Positions 62,928 through 64,000 of a DNA stretch of 64,000 bases are shown piece after piece. The stretch comes from an uncultured Planctomycetales bacterium (lineage in GTDB: Bacteria > Omnitrophota > Gorgyraeia > Zapsychrales > Fredricksoniimonadaceae), in NCBI GenBank assembly GCA_964520655.1, contig CAZFNI010000007.1, forward strand, positions 6,398 through 70,397. Direction: 5' to 3'. Within the stretch, counting starts at the first letter, position 1; every line of letters starts with the position of its first letter. A program made the position numbers and the translations under genes. The notes under the pieces were generated by a model. That model was not told the DNA's origin. It did not search any database and saw only the letters and a program-made list of their open reading frames with translations.

Positions 62928-63580
62928 ACAATGCCCGCATGGGCACCGCGATCGGACGTTTAAAGCGGGCCATGCGCGATCTGCCTGATCCTTCTGTCAC
63001 ACTCGTTGGTAAAAAGTTCAAAAGTCCATTCCTTGTCCTGATATCCTGTCTGCTTTCCTTAAGAACAAAAGATACAACGACCCTTCCGGTATGCGAACGT
63101 TTATTCCCACAGGCGGATACGATCGACGCGTTCTTGAAATTGACGCCGGGGCAATTGGAGAAGCTGATCTATCCGGTCGGTTTTTATAAGACAAAAGCCC
63201 GCACCATTTTGGATATTTGCCGTGACCTTAAGGCGCGTTTTGGATCCCAAGTCCCTTCAACCCTCGAGGAGTTATTGACGCTCAAAGGGGTGGGGCGCAA
63301 GACCGCGAATCTGGTGCTGACCGAAGGTTTCGGCAAGCCGGGCATGTGCGTGGACACGCATGTGCACCGCATTTCTAATCGTTTGGGATATGTAGATACG
63401 AGAAGTCCTGAAGAAACAGAATTTGCTTTAAGAAAAAAATTGCCCCGTCAATATTGGATTGAGTATAATGCTTTGTTGGTCACCTGGGGACAGAATGTCT
63501 GCGCCCCGGTCTCGCCAAAGTGCAGTGTGTGTCCGGTATCGGATATCTGTTTACGCAGAGGAGTGACAAAGAGCCGATGA
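62921..63580 (+). CDS. nth: Endonuclease III (HhH-GPD DNA glycosylase with a 4Fe-4S cluster).
   Basis: LVLISCLLSLRTKD, LKGVGRKTANLVL (HhH-GPD), the catalytic Asp region, and the C-terminal C-x6-C-x2-C-x5-C (CAPVSPKCSVCPVSDIC). Confidence 0.9.
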   Translation: MLDNARMGTAIGRLKRAMRDLPDPSVTLVGKKFKSPFLVLISCLLSLRTKDTTTLPVCERLFPQADTIDAFLKLTPGQLEKLIYPVGFYKTKARTILDICRDLKARFGSQVPSTLEELLTLKGVGRKTANLVLTEGFGKPGMCVDTHVHRISNRLGYVDTRSPEETEFALRKKLPRQYWIEYNALLVTWGQNVCAPVSPKCSVCPVSDICLRRGVTKSR

Positions 63581-64000
63581 AGCTTTTTCTATATTTCTCA
63601 CATTTGATCGGGATGGATGTGTTGGACTCCAAAGGCGAGTACTTAGGGGCCCTGCATGACCTGATCATGAACCCTCATGGGGACATTTATCCTCGCGCCA
63701 CCGACCTGATCGTCACCACCCGCCAAATGCGCAAGCAGTACGCGTTGATCAGATGGGAGGATGTTGTTTATATTGAAGATGAGATCCGATTAAAGATCGA
63801 GGGGGATAAGGTTGAATTCCATCCCGAGCCGGTCAAGACGGACTTTACCTTGCGCCGGGACATACTGGACCAGCAGGTCGTGGACACTGATGACCAGCGT
63901 GTTGTGCGTGTCAATGACATTCATTTGCTCAGAGTTGAGAATCAGCTCTATGCCGCCCATGTGGATGTCGGTTTGCGCGCGCTGGTGCGACGTCTGGGAT
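63577..64000 (+). CDS. Partial CDS (N-terminal 141 aa, runs off the window end). A PRC-barrel-like domain protein.
   Basis: MKLFLYFSHLIGMDVLDSKGEYLGALHDLIMNP ... RRDILDQQVVDTDDQRVVRVNDIHLL. The start overlaps the nth stop as ATGA. Not in the ORF track because there is no stop in the window. Confidence 0.4.
   Translation, partial: MKLFLYFSHLIGMDVLDSKGEYLGALHDLIMNPHGDIYPRATDLIVTTRQMRKQYALIRWEDVVYIEDEIRLKIEGDKVEFHPEPVKTDFTLRRDILDQQVVDTDDQRVVRVNDIHLLRVENQLYAAHVDVGLRALVRRLG

Overview
This window looks bacterial: Era, Nth, PabB/PabC and Shine-Dalgarno sites are present, and neighbouring genes are tightly packed with ATGA/GTGA start-stop overlaps. Nearly the whole + strand from about 0.5 to 50.4 kb is one co-directional gene array of roughly 35 genes. 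It opens with two secreted, highly Cys-rich repeat proteins that carry a thrombospondin-type-1-like (TSR) module, ADAMTS-like CGVCGG repeats and near-identical 93-nt tandem repeats. About 16 large polytopic membrane-protein genes follow, and they fall into three paralogous families. Family A (4 copies plus a divergent partial copy on the minus strand at 1..361 that the ORF track missed) has an ArnT/PMT-like first-loop motif and is probably a GT-C glycosyltransferase. Family B (5 copies) is YfhO-like. Family C (5-6 copies, one split and one truncated) is unrecognised, and alternates gene-by-gene with the YfhO-like genes. Embedded among these are a spermidine-synthase-like membrane protein, an LtaS/sulfatase-like enzyme, an SGNH hydrolase, an FkbM methyltransferase, FAD and GMC oxidoreductases, an SDR, an AsnB-type amidotransferase and a GT2-methyltransferase fusion. 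A GT2 polyprenyl-phosphate-sugar synthase sits just downstream on the opposite strand. The most economical reading is an unusually expanded lipid-linked-sugar glycosylation system for the cell surface or secreted proteins. The adjacent TSR-like secreted proteins are candidate substrates, but that is inference. The last 13 kb is mostly housekeeping (csaA-like, pabBC, dnaQ-like exonuclease, aminotransferase, yjbQ, pfkB kinase, era, nth). It also holds a self-contained small Cys-rich secreted peptide gene, with its own promoter and terminator, next to an HTTM-domain membrane protein. No rRNA, tRNA, CRISPR or obvious mobile elements were seen.
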